The notes under the pieces: generated by a model
What the model saw: only the letters and a program-made list of their open reading frames with translations
Databases searched by the model: none
What the model was told of the DNA's origin: nothing
Shown here: piece after piece, positions 1 through 13,061 of the stretch
How the letters are laid out: each line of letters begins with the position of its first letter
How positions within the stretch are numbered: the first letter of the stretch is position 1
Made by a program: the position numbers and the translations under genes
Assembly (NCBI GenBank): GCA_964106915.2
Contig: OZ066923.1
From: Podarcis gaigeae
Lineage: Eukaryota
Direction: 5' to 3' (one strand)
Length of the DNA stretch: 64,000 nt

Positions 1-1481
1 TTTGAATGTTGCAGAAATTCAGCTCAAGCTGTCCAGTAACTAGGAAACATGAGCTGGGTTCAGTACCATGAACCACGGAAATTATTTGCTGGAAAAGAGA
101 TTTTTCAAAAGGGCAGGATGACTTTCTATTTAGCATGTCATTAAAATCTAAGACTCTTGCAACAGTCCCATGCATGTTTAATTGGTTGTATTGAACTGAA
201 TTGTTCTTACTGCCAAGTAGGTACACCTAAGATCACAAACCTACATCCACATAACCCATACACATGTGACTTTCTACTTTCTGTTTGTCTAGACTGGTAT
301 TTTCCAGATTTGTCTGTTTGGCCTAAATTCATAGCCATAGCCTAGATTCAAATTTTCATAGCTTCACTGGGATATTGTTATCCACATAAATCCCATGGTT
401 ATTACTATTGTATTTGATGAGAGAGTGCTTTTGGCCTTGCCAGAGATTTTAGGGTATAGGCAAACCTGCTTTGGCTGGGCATGTTCTTGAGGCATTTCAC
501 TCTTGCCTGATTTTCCAAGTACAGTTAACAGAATAATTTGGGTACATTCTGTTAAGATTCTTCAGGCTTTTTTGAAGGCAGATAAATGGGTTTTTCCAAA
601 CTTCAGTTTAGACACTTCGATATGGTGAATCAAATCCAACAATTCACATGGAAAGTACCTGTCTCTCTTGCCTAGAAGGTTCCAGCATGTCAGATGTACT
701 ATCCTATGTTTGCTTTCTTGAGAAGACATGGCAGAACTGGTATTTAAGAATTCTAGGAGACACTTGAATGAAAACATGGTCCGGGTCGTAGGGAAAGATG
801 TGGCCGGCAAACCCTGTTCTCTCTAGCTTTCCATCTGACCCTGATTTTTGCACCTGATGAACTGGCCCCTCAGTTTGCTACTGTTTATACAGGTAATCAG
901 CTTGATCCATGAGTCCTGTTTACCCCCATTGATTTAAGAAATGCAGTCAAGTGTGTTCACTGCCTCTGTACCAGTTCCTGTTGCCTAATTTTTCTTTTAG
1001 CGCTACAGAGAAAGTATACAGTACAATGAGAAGTACCTGCACAATGCAAAGTGGCTCTGGAAAGTCATGGGTATGTGCATTAAGGAAGGGACTCTTAAAA
1101 TAATTCCTGAGTCAATGTGTTTTTTTGTTTTTACTGCTCCACCAACACTTAGGTCAACACATCCACCGTTCTTTTCAAGAAAATATCCATGATATCCATG
1201 ATCATGCTACGAGTTGTTAAGCCCTTAAAGAAATGGGATTGAATTACCTGCAGGAGTTATGTGCATGATTATAAAATATCCTTGCCTCTGATGGTTACTC
1301 TTTGAGGATTTCTTGATTGGTGTCTTATTAAAAAGAGCTGAATCTGCTGTGCTGCTAGAGATGGTGGAAACCCATGCTATTACGTGTCATGGGAATAATT
1401 GTGTCTTTTTGTTAATTTCAATGAACTTCATCTCATTCTCTTAACTTCATCATTCATTTGCATACTGACATCACTTGAGAG

Positions 1482-1483
<2 letters not shown>

Positions 1484-1517
<34 letters not shown>
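1484..1517. repeat. (GT)n microsatellite
   Basis: Uninterrupted run of about 17 GT units. Confidence 0.95.
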
Positions 1518-1521
<4 letters not shown>

Positions 1522-3234
1522 CAAAGGAAGCCTGTGAAACTGGAAGTTGCTTGTTTGAAGTCTGGGTTCAGAGGGTGGTAAGTTCAAGATGTTGTTGTCA
1601 AGGAATATATCTGTCTCGTGTTTTTCTTGGAAGGATATATGGATATGCAGTAAACACACTCTTTTTGGTAATGATAACACTCAAAGATCCATTTGAGTTG
1701 AAGTGACCAGAGCCAGCCATTGAGATGGAATAGAACTATGCCAGCCAACCTGTTTCTGTCAAGTGGAATCTTCCTCCATTTTATACTTACTAATGTGAGC
1801 ATCATTTACTACGGGCCTTTTCTGAACTCAGAAATGCATCCTACTTGAAGATGGAATACAATGTTCTAATTATAGGAAGGCCAGCAGGTGTGACTGCCAC
1901 CTTAACGAAAAAGCAACGAACATTATTCTCTTAGCTAATTTTTTTTTAGAAGGCTATATGAGGTGGACATGATCTGGCTAAAATTGGTGGGAGACAGTCA
2001 ATGACGTCCTGGATTTTATTAAGGGTCCCCATTAGCTTTCTCCTTTCCCCTCAGTTTGAGCAGGGATGGGAAACATTCCTAATGTGCCTTATGGATGAGT
2101 TAAAAGTGCTTAAGATTCATCTTTTAAGAAGGGCTTTTGGATTTGCATAGCAAAAAAATAAAAAAATTCAAAGTGGACCAATATTTTCAAAATAAGGAAC
2201 ATTAGTGGTGGTGGTATTTATATACTGCTTTTTGAAACACAGCACTGCCTGCCCCCCCCCCCCCAGGAGGGCATTTTATACAACAAAATACACAGTCAAG
2301 TGCAATTTTAAAAATCCCATTTTGGCTTTTGGCTGGACTAGAAGGGGGTACCAACCCCCAACCCCCAGTACACATAAATATGAGCATCAGGAATGAACGG
2401 AGATTTGCATATTTTTTGTCATGTTAACATTCAGCTTCCAGCATTTAGTCTGCGGCAAATAAAAGTTTGGTAAAATTTCTTTATTTTATGCCCTGCACCT
2501 TTTGGTGTGTGTTACATTTGAAAGGAATAGGGTATTCTGTAGCTCAACAGCAGCTGCATAAAAAATGCCCTTTTTAGACATGGGCCAATTTGATGCCTTT
2601 GAGATTCCAAACAGAACTACTTATATTTGAATCCCTGTTACCCGAATTTCATTTATATATCCCTCATGTCACCTGTGGGTTGAGCCATTCAGATAAATGA
2701 GGCATCATAAAATTGCCAGCTATGCATGTAGTGACACGGGGACTTCAAACGACATTGTCCACCTCATGAGGAAATACAGCTCACTTGCGTTGATGCGCAA
2801 CAATGCTGGTTCCTACTTGTCAACTGAGAAAGAGAAGCAAGATCAACATCCTCCGCACGATGCATTTCTGAGGCCTTGCTCACATACAGACACAGTGGTG
2901 GTGGTAAAATTATCCCTGGACAACTTTAGATAGGCAACCATATGGTTGAATGAAAAATTCCCTGCTCCAATGCCAGCTTTCTGTTAGGCAAAGGCTGTGC
3001 TACTTGGTAGTACTTAGTTTTTGTGTGTGCTGAGGGACCATTCAGAGCCCTTCCACTCCCAGGTAACCTGAACTGGTATAATCCAGGAAGAATTTTAATA
3101 TTTCATCCGCTGTTTGGGGAAACTTTAGTCTGTGGCCTTGCCACAACTAATAACCATCATCATTGACCATGTTTCTTCTTGTTCTATTATTATTATTATT
3201 ATTCTTTTCTTTTCTCCCTTGTTTGTAAACAAAG

Positions 3235-3333
3235 ATGAGGAAAAAGGAGCGTTCTCGGACCTGCCCCAAAAAAGTGATCATGCTCTCTTCTTCCTCCATT
3301 TGCACTTCCTCTCCATCGTACCCCAGTCAGCAG
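3235..3333 (+). CDS. MICAL3: MICAL3 cassette exon, 99 nt, phase 0/0 (MRKKERSRTCPKKVIMLSSSSICTSSPSYPSQQ)
   Basis: Pyrimidine tract then aaag| acceptor; CAG|gtgatt donor; open frame. Resembles the recalled human MICAL3 alternative segment REREECSRTCPRRVITLS...QQ. Confidence 0.8.
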
Positions 3334-3513
3334 GTGATTTCATTCTGCATGCTCTGTCCTCCTTTCCCTCTCTTCCTGCTTCCACAAGTAGGCCACATAC
3401 CCTTTCTGTTTTGAGTTTTCTCCTAGTGTCAGCAGACCTCTTGATCTTCCCTTCCCCAAAACCAGTAACACAAGCAAACCCAGAATTCCTTTTATCATTG
3501 TTTGATTTAAGGT

Positions 3514-3575
3514 AACCCCAGAGTCGGTCACGACCGGACCTAATGGTCAGGGGTCCCTTTACCTTTTACCTTTAC
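3514..3575 (+). mobile_element. 5'-truncated Sauria SINE 3' end
   Basis: aaccccagagtcggtcacgaccggacctaatggtcaggggtccc plus (TTTACC)n tail; nearly identical to the 3' end of the copy at 12732-13061. Confidence 0.85.
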
Positions 3576-6012
3576 ACATATAACTTCTTACATTCTGTTG
3601 TTATGGTTACGTTGTGTAGTAGGTTGGTGTACCAAACAAAAACCTGAGATCTTAGTAAAGGTTGCTGTTGATAGCGCCCAGTTGTTATATTGGGTGCTGT
3701 AAGAGGAGTGACATACTGGTTTCTGGATCTAAAATGAGCAGTCTAGGTGGCCTTCAGCTTGGTTTTGCATTGTAATGAGAAGAGAAGCATAATCTAATGC
3801 TTCTGTGGGCTTCCCATTCATTGCTGAGATTACAGGTGCATCCTTTATCCATCTGTTTGTTTATTTGAAGTACTTACATGCTACCCTTCAGAGAAAAGCC
3901 ACTCACTCCCAAGGCGGCTTACAAAAGATATTTCAGGACAATTTAGCGGTTTAGGATATTTTTTCTCTCCCCTGCCCCCATTAAATACCACTGAAAGGGG
4001 TATCCTATCTCAGGATCAGAGCTTATCCTGGACCTTACTTTCTCTCTAATGAAAATAAGTTAGATAATGTGCCTAAACCTGCCTTCTCTGGCCTGTTCTA
4101 GTACAACTCTCATTACCCCAGACCATTAGCCATGCTGTGTAGGGTTGATGGAAGTTGGGGGTCCAATGATATCCTCAGGGCACCAGACTGGGGAATGTTA
4201 GCCTTGAAGCAGATTCTTACATTTGGCCTGTGATGTGGGAACTGCTGCAGCACCTCTCCCACAACACCCGGATGACTTTGTTTCATAAAGGGGTCGTGCA
4301 GACACCCTACGATTTGCTAGAATGTAAACCCATTGTTGTACCTACATTACTTAGAAGTTGGGGGAGGCCAGGATGCTCCCCACTTCACGAGAATGACAAG
4401 GAATTCCAAAACATAGCCCCCAAAAGTCCTCCAGGTTTTACCAATTCTAGCCTGCTGCGGTTTCCCTTACTTTCCTAGTGTGTTGTGCTGCTCTTACTTA
4501 CCTCCACCAACTGACCATAGTACCACTAATCAGCATGGCAGTGGTCTAGAATGCCTGGGCCCAGCTGTGTTACCTGGCTTTGGGACCTTGGGAAGCTTTC
4601 CTCATTTCCTGGTCACCCTCCCTCACTGACGTTGTTAAAACATTCCTCCAAAGTGGTTTATTGTTGAATGCTTTGTTCAAATCAGGCACCCCAGTTACAT
4701 GATTGTGTAAAAAATGTGGGGGCCTTGAGTCAATTTATAATAAATGGTTTTATTTGATAATAAAATTAGATAGCAGTGCAAAATACACTGATACAATACG
4801 GGGCAGTCGTACAATTTATCTCAACATCAATGACATATTTTATTGGTATCGCGCCATGTTGAACGTTCCGTTTGCGCAAGCATTGCAACTTGCCGAAAAG
4901 AATAATTCCTTCTCTTTTCTCCTCCCCAGCGTGCTACTGTTGGGGTTCTCCTGACCCCTACTCCCTAGCCAATTTCAGGGGGAGCAGGGGGTGGAGAGGA
5001 GGGAAAACCCATTGCACAAGGGGAAGTCCTTGTGCAGGACATTCACTAACTGGGTTGTTTTGTTAGATGAATCATGCTACATATTTTACCCCAGGAGTTC
5101 CCTCCATAAAGTCAGGGCCAAAATAGTATTAGTCACAAAGGCACACTTATTCTGATGTCCGCAATGTAGAAAATGATTTACTTACAGTTGGAAAAACTGG
5201 GTCAGGTTCTCTTGCTTGATCTGCAAGAAGAGTTAGCTTCTAAATGGGGAACTTACCACTCAGTCTTGTAAACTATTTGTTTTTAAGGTGTTTTATATTT
5301 CATATATAGTTGCATTGACTCACAAAACTAGAAAGTTGCAGGACACACCCACCCACACACACCTATTTTGTCTTATAAGTATGAGCAGGTTTGTGAGTTT
5401 CTGGGAGCTACATTTTTATAAAACTATACCTGTGTGTATAGAGGATAATCAAAGCTGCCTCCAGGTGTCTGCATTCTTGGGGCAGGGAAGATTACAGTCT
5501 GTCTTATCGTAGGATACCACTGTGGATTTCGCAGGCCAGGGAGCCTTGTTTCTTGTTCACGTTGAGGGGAGCCCAGGCTCTTCAAAATAACCTTTGAATT
5601 AAAAACAGACTTGGTGATTACTTAAGCTCAATGGACATATCTCACTTTGTCTCTAAAGTTCTCTAAAGTTTATTCCTCATATTACTTTTAAAACTAAACT
5701 AGGATTTTCCAAGGAACAATTTATGGTTTCTTGGGAGCAGTTCCTTCTTCTGCCACCACCACGTGTATCACTGTGTGGCTATTTATTGCTGTTGTCACCA
5801 TTTACTAACACAGTTTGTATAAAGTATTCTTTTTAACTGCTCTGCACAAAACCTCTTTCTTCACAGCAGCCACATGATCTTTGCAAACCTCCTATGGCTT
5901 TTCCAGGACTGTGGTTTTAATGTTTCTCTTGTAGGGTGACTCCTAACTGAATGATGCTATCTTTCTGTGAGTGTGTATGTGGGATTTGTCAAGGTCATTA
6001 TTTTGCCTGCAG

Positions 6013-6069
6013 GCAAACAGGGAACTTCATGGAGAACCAGCTGGAGAGCAGAGTCCCAGACAGCAGCGG
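6013..6069 (+). CDS. MICAL3: MICAL3 cassette exon, 57 nt, phase 0/0 (ANRELHGEPAGEQSPRQQR)
   Basis: ttttgcctgcag| acceptor; weak CGG|gtaaaa donor. Resembles recalled human TYRDLDADNRGKQSPHHER and sits in the expected order. Confidence 0.65.
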
Positions 6070-6693
6070 GTAAAATAGCATGAGCAAAAGCAGCATGAAG
6101 AGGGTGTGTGCACTCTTGGGAGAATGTTGTGCAAGCTGGGGGTGGGTAAGAGAAGGCTGGAGAGCTATTCATATGCCAGCATAATACTAATAGCCAGGCT
6201 CTACTGAAAATGCTTCGTAAAAATAGTGGTTTTGTGTCTGTGTGGCCTTTGCAGAATTACTTGCCTTGACAGGCTTTTGATCACTTTGAGCATCATGCAG
6301 TATGTTTTGTTTTTTTTTCTGTTGGGCACATATTAGCACTTTGAATTTGGCATTCCCCATTTTTCTCTATAATAGGAGATACTATAGTGGAGTAGAAAGG
6401 GCCTGCTGATGTGTCGGAAAATATCTATCCATCTATCCGAATCATTATTACCTCGTTCTTCAGCCAAAAAAGCTCCCAGAGCAGCTTACAGATCAATAAA
6501 AAGCTAGACAGTCCTAGCCCTCAGGCTCACACTTTAAAAGGAATGACACAAAATGAAAAAGGGATGGGGCAGAAAGAGGAAAACAAGACAATGCAGGAAC
6601 CAGTTCTTTGTTAGTTCTTTTTGTAAATAATAAAACTATTGTTAGTCCCTGTGGAACACCCTTCCATCCCATGTCAAGGAGATAAAGAACTAC

Positions 6694-6845
6694 ACAACTT
6701 TTAGAAGACATCTGAAGGCAGCCCTCTTATTGGGAAGTTGTTGTTGTTTGGCGTTTTATCGTGGTTTTTTGTGGGCTGGAAACTGTGGCTGGGGAAACCC
6801 AGCCCGATGGGTGGAGTTTTAATAATAATAATAATAATAATAATA
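6694..6845 (+). mobile_element. L2-type LINE 3' end fragment with (AAT)n tail
   Basis: Shares acttttagaagacatctgaaggcagccct and gtggctgg.gaaacccagcc with the copy at 31890-32343. Confidence 0.75.
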
Positions 6846-7300
6846 GCTGGGATAGAAACAGTTCACATAGCCTGATGGAATGCACAAATAAATCTTCATG
6901 ACAGTAGGGAGAAAGGGACATTTTTAAGCACCCCTCCACAAAAGCATACAAAACTAAATTAACTGGAATAAGCTTGGACCAATGTAGAACATACAAGGAA
7001 AGAGAATGAATTGACATAATAAAGGCATGGATCGATGCTGCAGTCTGCCTGCTCAATATATTTCTAAAAGCTGCTCATCACAGTAAGTAATATTGAAAAG
7101 GAACCCAACACAATACAGTTTTGAGGATACTGAGAATTTTGTGTTAAAACATCACTAGCCCCTCAGAGAATTATGCCTTTGCCATGACCCTTTCCCTTCC
7201 ATGACCCTTCTCTTCACCACTAGCTTGGTATTGCATCTAGTCTCCAAAACAACCAGGTTAAAAAGTTGGAGCGAGGGAAGTGAGGAAGGAAAACCCAGAG

Positions 7301-7555
7301 GAGAGCCAGTGTGGTGTAGTGGTTAAGAGCGGTAGTCTCGTTATCTGGGGAACCGGGTTCGCGTCTCCGCTCCTCCACATGCAGCTGCTGGGTGACCTTG
7401 GGCCAGTCACACTTCTCTGAAGTCTCTCAGCCCCACTCACCTCACAGAGTGTTTGTTGTGGGGGAGGAAGGGAAAGGAGAATGTTAGCCGCTTTGAGACT
7501 CCAGAAAGGGAATGAAAGGCGGGATATCAAATCCAAACTCTTCTTCTTCTTCTTC
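7301..7555 (+). mobile_element. tRNA-derived SINE (Squam3-like), full length, (CTT)n tail
   Basis: A-box tggtgtagtgg, B-box-like gggttcgcgtctc, CTT tail; near-identical inverted copy at 37842-38099. Confidence 0.85.
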
Positions 7556-8108
7556 CCTGTGTCCATATTGCATCTGCCTGGCTTCCCTGCCTCTATTCAC
7601 TCCCTACCTCTCAGTAGTGTGCGTCACTACAGACAGCAAGTGCCCTTCTCCAGATCCCTGTGACACACCTGTATTTCACAGCAACTAAACTATGATGCTG
7701 CTTTGGCGGCACAATCTTGGCTCCTTTTCCTGCTGCTGTAGGATTCATAAACCACAGCTTCCAAAGGTCACAGCCCTCTGCATGCTTCCTGAGCAGTAAA
7801 CCTATTTAAATCAGTGACTTCCAGAGTAGACCTAATTTGGATTTGGCTACCGTAAATGGTTTGTGTTGTATGTATGTCACATCTGCGGTGTGTGTGTGTG
7901 TGTGTGCGCAACCTTCATCCAGAGGATTTTGAGCTCTTGTTCCCCTCCTTACCCCTGTGTCCCACTTTTTTTTTAATGCACAAGCATTTAATTAACTGCC
8001 TCTGACCTTATTTTCAGCTTTGTTTCTTTTCCTACTGCCATGCTTTTTCCATGAATATTTTTCCCCCTGTGCTCTCTTGTTCATTTTCCCTCACTCATTA
8101 TTCTGCAG

Positions 8109-8222
8109 AGACCTCACCAGTTCTTTTCAGATGACCGTGTGCCAGAGCGCACGCTTACCATTGAGCAGAGGGCAAGCCAGCTGGCTGCCCTCCTGGAGCA
8201 AAGGCCAGCAACCAGGCATCAG
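8109..8222 (+). CDS. MICAL3: MICAL3 cassette exon, 114 nt, phase 0/0 (RPHQFFSDDRVPERTLTIEQRASQLAALLEQRPATRHQ)
   Basis: About 89-nt AG-free pyrimidine tract then ctgcag|; CAG|gtgact donor; GC-rich open frame with the same phase as its neighbours. Confidence 0.75.
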
Positions 8223-9486
8223 GTGACTGCCTTCCTGTCTGTCTGGCACTTTGTGTCTGCTTGCCGTTCCGTAGAATGGGAAATGAAAGGTTGCTTGGGC
8301 TGTAACATGGCTGGCATCAGATGTCCTGTTTTAATGGCTGATGAGTACACTATCACATTGTAGCAGAACACTTTCAAGCACTCTAGGGTAAAACAACAAG
8401 ATCCAAACTTATTATTCCGTCTTTCCTGTTAACTTACTGTTCCTGCTTGCTGAATCAACACTTAATCTTGCATAGATGCGTCTAGCACTAATAAAAGATG
8501 TGTGGCATATGTGGGGAGGAAGCTCCTAACTTAAAGGGGCTTTTGAGAGTTTGCACTTCCATAGAGTAGGGTAGAATCTGTATAGAAAGACGCCGCTAGA
8601 TTCAATAAGTGTTGGTGGAGCATTGCTTAGCCAGTCTGGAGAAGAAGAGGGTCTGCGGTACGTAACTAGGTTTCAGAAGCAAGGTTCTATAAAATTAGCT
8701 TGCTGAAGAGTAACCCAAAACAAATGAAACCAGGAAGTTAACTAACCTCAGAACAGCCTTTATATATAAACCAAATGGGCTTTGAAAACTTGTTTATTTC
8801 TTTAAGCAATATACACATTCTTTCTATATGTGCCCTAATTTTTAAACATGTATGTCAGTGCCAATATTCAATCATATATCATCAGTTGCTCATCAGAATT
8901 TATTTTCTGACCCTGTGTGGGCTGTTATAATGTATTTCATCTCGTTAAACTCTGGAAGGTCTAATATCAATTGCTTTTATTCATTTTGCCATACAAAATA
9001 CAGATGGGGTAAAAAGAGACTATTGAATGCAAGCACATGCATTTTGACATGTGTCTTGCTTAACAGTCTTGCAGTCTCTTTTACCATGCAGAAATTTTAG
9101 AAAGTTGTTTCTTTTCGACCTTCTTACTAGGATTTTTTGGTATTGCTTCATGATTAGAATAGAATTCCTCGTATTTTATTCAGGATACATCTAGCCCACA
9201 GTTCTTTATAAATCCACTCATTTCTAAAACTTGAAAGACAAGCATCAGGAAGGTCATTCACAGCTGAAATTAGTACATGGATTTGCTGTTCCACCATTCC
9301 CTCCCCCCCAAATATCAATGTTCTGAACTTTGGCTGGGGAGTTTAAAAGTAGTAGAGCATGCCCACAGTTTTCCTACGTCACTTGCAAGCTACAAGATCT
9401 CTGCTGCCTGTCTCACCCGCCCCTTCCCAAAAGCTCCTATCTATTTTAAAATGCCGTCTTCTGACTTTCTCATCTTTATTTTGTAG

Positions 9487-9594
9487 CCAGAGATTGAGCG
9501 ATCTCGTCGATCTGTTGTTGAGCAGTGGGAGCTCTCCCGCAACCTCCGCTCTTCCAGTCGCCCTTCTTCTCCCTCCTCTGACTCCCTCAGACAG
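9487..9594 (+). CDS. MICAL3: MICAL3 cassette exon, 108 nt, phase 0/0 (PEIERSRRSVVEQWELSRNLRSSSRPSSPSSDSLRQ)
   Basis: ttttgtag| acceptor; CAG|gtagca donor. Matches recalled human PEPEPPRRFFVDQWELSLSLRSSARPASPSSDSLRQ. Confidence 0.88.
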
Positions 9595-11052
9595 GTAGCA
9601 TGGTGTGGGGCTTGAGGCTGCACCCGGTTGCACATCTTTGGCCTATTCCATCTCCTGCCACTTGAGAATGCCGCACTGGATAAAGCTAGGCTAATAAGTT
9701 CTCTTTGCCTTGGGTGTGGCTGAGCTTAGCCTGTGTGCCTGCAGAAAGGCTTGGGATTCCTCTCTATCCTGGTTATTCCAAGGCTTGTGAATTTGGAAAT
9801 GGGGCATATCCTTTACACCTCAGAGTTACTGATTGTCTGGTAGGAGAGAGAGCAAACATTTCACAAAGAATATTGTATGTCTCATCCAGAACTGGCTTGT
9901 TCTGCCTTCAGATAAGTAAAGGCATACCCTGGAATGCACTCACCCAGTTGGGAGGTGTGTTGGGTCCGAACCACCAAGCCATAGTTTGATCATCAGAAGT
10001 TCTTTGTGGGCTTAAATGCTTCTTCCTCTGCTTTCTCCTGCATCTTCCTTGGGCTTCTTCACTTCACTTTCATTTCCTCCGTAGCTATATCTTGGTTTTA
10101 TTATAATGTTTTGAACAGGTGCTGCCATAATCACTTCTCACTATAATTCGTTCTCAAGTTGGCAATTAAAGCCAAGTTCAGATTGTGGTTTGAGTCACTC
10201 AAATGAAAACAAAATTAGGCTAGCAGTAATTATGACCTGCTAGTTTAACCATGGCTTCCCAGTATATCTTTTGCTATGCGGGGAAGGGAAGTGGAATAAT
10301 GCAGACTGCTACTGACCACCAAACCATGGTGATGTTGGAACTGGACCATTGTGTCAAACGGCCATTTCTGACTACTAAGGATCCCCCAATAAGGCTTCAT
10401 TGTTGCCAAGAGTGGGATTCACTGTGTTGTCTGTCTCTTAACAGCTGTTTCTAGCACTGGATTTTCTGTGGCCATTGAACATCTACATGATGAATAAATG
10501 CTTGTTTGCTCCTTCGCTTTGAGGATGTGATTCAAACCACTATATTGCTTTGTGTGTCTTATAATATAACAGATTAGTTGTGGTTTGATTTTTGAACAGT
10601 GTAGTGAATACTGAAATGCTTGCTGCTTGCCTCATCTAGATTAAGGTTTAAGGGATTTCTGATTGTTCTATAGGAAGAGCTATACTGTATTGGTCATTGT
10701 GTCACTAAATGTTGTCTAATTCTTCAAGATGGGCATGGGGAATGTGGACACCTGTCTGTTGTAGAACTAATATTTCATTTTAAACAATGTAGTCTTGCTC
10801 TGAGAATTCTGTAGGGTTTTTATGGGAGAGGTGGATTAGATTCAAATCGATGTTAGGCAAATGTAGTAATCTTTAGTATGGGCAAGAAGCACCATCCTTT
10901 AGAGCAGATAGTCCCCTCTGTCTGCTTGTAGACCTTGAAGGCCTTCCCTTCAAAAGAAAACTTGTGGACGACAATAGACCTGTTTCTGACAAAGCAACCA
11001 CATTGCCTCTCATTTGGTTTCCCATATTGTCCCCTCTACTTGACCTAGGGTA

Positions 11053-11395
11053 AAAAGGTAAAGGTAAAGGTGCCCCTGCCCGTACGGGCCAGTCTTGACA
11101 GACTCTGGGGTTGTGCGCCCATCTCACTCAAGAGGCCAGGGGCCAGCGCTATCCGGAGACACTTCCGGGTCACGTGGCGAGCCAGAGCCGCACACGGAAA
11201 CGCCGTTTACCTTCCCGCTGGTAAGCGGTCCCTATTTATCTACTTGCACCCGGAGGTGCTTTCGAACTGCTAGGTTGGCAGGCGCTGGGACCGAGCAGCG
11301 GGAGCGCACCCCGCCGCAGGGATTCGAACCGCCGACCTTTCGATCGGCAAGTCCTAGGCGCTGAGGCTTTAACCCACAGCGCCACCTGTGTCCCC
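11053..11395 (-). mobile_element. Full-length Sauria SINE with 12-bp target-site duplication
   Basis: (AAAGGT)n reverse tail; tRNA-like head with B-box (ggattcgaacc on +); CpGs intact; TGACCTAGGGTA at 11041-11052 and 11396-11407. Confidence 0.92.
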
Positions 11396-11429
11396 TGACC
11401 TAGGGTAGAAATAGGCTAAAAATTCTCAC

Positions 11430-12530
11430 AATTGTTGGAAATAGGTCATGGAATCCCCCAAAGATCTGCATTGGGACAGTTTATGAGGAAGTCTGTATCT
11501 GAAGAGATTTGTTTTGCACACAGTCCACACACAAAAGAAAAAAATAGAAGAGGCTGTCTTAGAGACAATAAGACTGTGTAACTTGCCCACAAATGATCTG
11601 GAAGTGATCAGTGAAAGCCAACTTTGCAGATGGCACCAATTTATAGAGCATGATGAAAACCTGAGCAGACTATGAAGAGTTCCAAAAGAACATCTCCAAA
11701 TGAGGTGAAGGGGCAAAAAAACGTGCTAATAAGTGTAAAGTGATATATATTGGAACAAAACATTCCAATGCTGATTGAGTCTAAACTGGCTGAGACTGTC
11801 CAAGAATGACAACTTGGAGCTGCGGTGGAGAGCTCAGTGAAAACTTGGTGCAGCAGCTGCGGAAAGACAAATTCCAATATTGCAGAGATGGATAAGTGGT
11901 GCAGAAGAGGCACCAAAATACCAGTCAAGAAGTTGGGAGGGCATTCCAGGCAAGGCTTGTATGTTTGGGGCCTTTTAATTTAGAAAAGAAATACTAAAGG
12001 AGACACAGTATAGGGTTATAAGATGATTATATACTTTTCAATGTCTACATGGCATCAAAGTGGTTTACAAAACATTAAAACCAGTTGCACAACCTTGTTG
12101 AAATACAGAATAATGAAGAACGTACCATAATTGAAATACACAATAAATCCATCCCATTAAAATGTTAAAATAGAAACACGTGATTAAAATATGGAATAAA
12201 ACTATCACATTAAAACCCCACAGCAATTAAAACAGGAGACTTGGGTCAAGAGATGAAAAGAATGCCTGTATAAACAGGTGTGCCTTCAGAGGCTGGTAGA
12301 ATACCAATATAGATGTGGAATGCACTACCCCAACACCTGTGCCATCAATAATACATGATGCGGGGAAAATGTGGGAATGTTTTTCCCTCTCATAAAACTA
12401 GAACTCGCTTAATGAAATTGTCAGTAACAGATGAAATAAAGCGTTTTTTTCACACAATATGTAATAAACTTATGGAATTCACTTGTGTCATAAGATGTGG
12501 TGGTCAATGGCTCAAATTGCTTTTTTAATG
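11430..12530 (+). mobile_element. Decayed CR1 LINE RT/3' region, interrupted
   Basis: Degenerate FADDTKL...EELQKDL...KCKVMHIG-like sequence at about 11620-11760 with stops and frameshifts; boundaries approximate. Confidence 0.6.
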
Positions 12531-12731
12531 ACTTGTTCATTTTTTAATTAAATTTATATATCACACATCATACGAAGATCACAGGACAGTTTACAACATA
12601 AAAACACAAAATTCATGACACAATCATAATAAAAACAACAACAACACACACCACATTTAAAAGGCCATAGATTGTTTAACAGAAGGCCTGGTTGAAGAGA
12701 AATGTTTTTGCCTGGGTCTAAAAGCAGTCAT

Positions 12732-13061
12732 GGACGCGGGTGGCACTGTGGGTTAAACCACAGAGCCTAGGACTTGCTGATCAGAAGGTCGGTGGTTTGA
12801 ATCCCTGCGACGGGGTGAGCTCCTGCCCACCTAGCAGTTTGAAAGCACGTCAAAGTGCAAGTAGATAAATAGGTACCGCTCCGACGGGAACGTAAATGGC
12901 ATTTCTGTGCGCTGCTCTGGTTCGCCAGAAGTGGCTTAGTCATGCTGGCCACATGACCCGGAAGCTGTACGCCGGCTCCCTCGGCCAATAAAACGAGGTG
13001 AACGCCGCAACCCCAGAGTAGGCCACGACTGGACCTAATGGTCAGGGGTCCCTTTACCTTT
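12732..13061 (+). mobile_element. Full-length Sauria SINE with target-site duplication
   Basis: ggacgcgggtggcactgtgggttaaacc head, TTTACCTTT tail; flanks taaaagcagtcatg and taaaagaagtcatg (1 mismatch). Confidence 0.92.

Noticed and set aside
7301-7375. tRNA gene
   Set aside because: tRNA-like SINE head followed by SINE body and tail; no complete cloverleaf.
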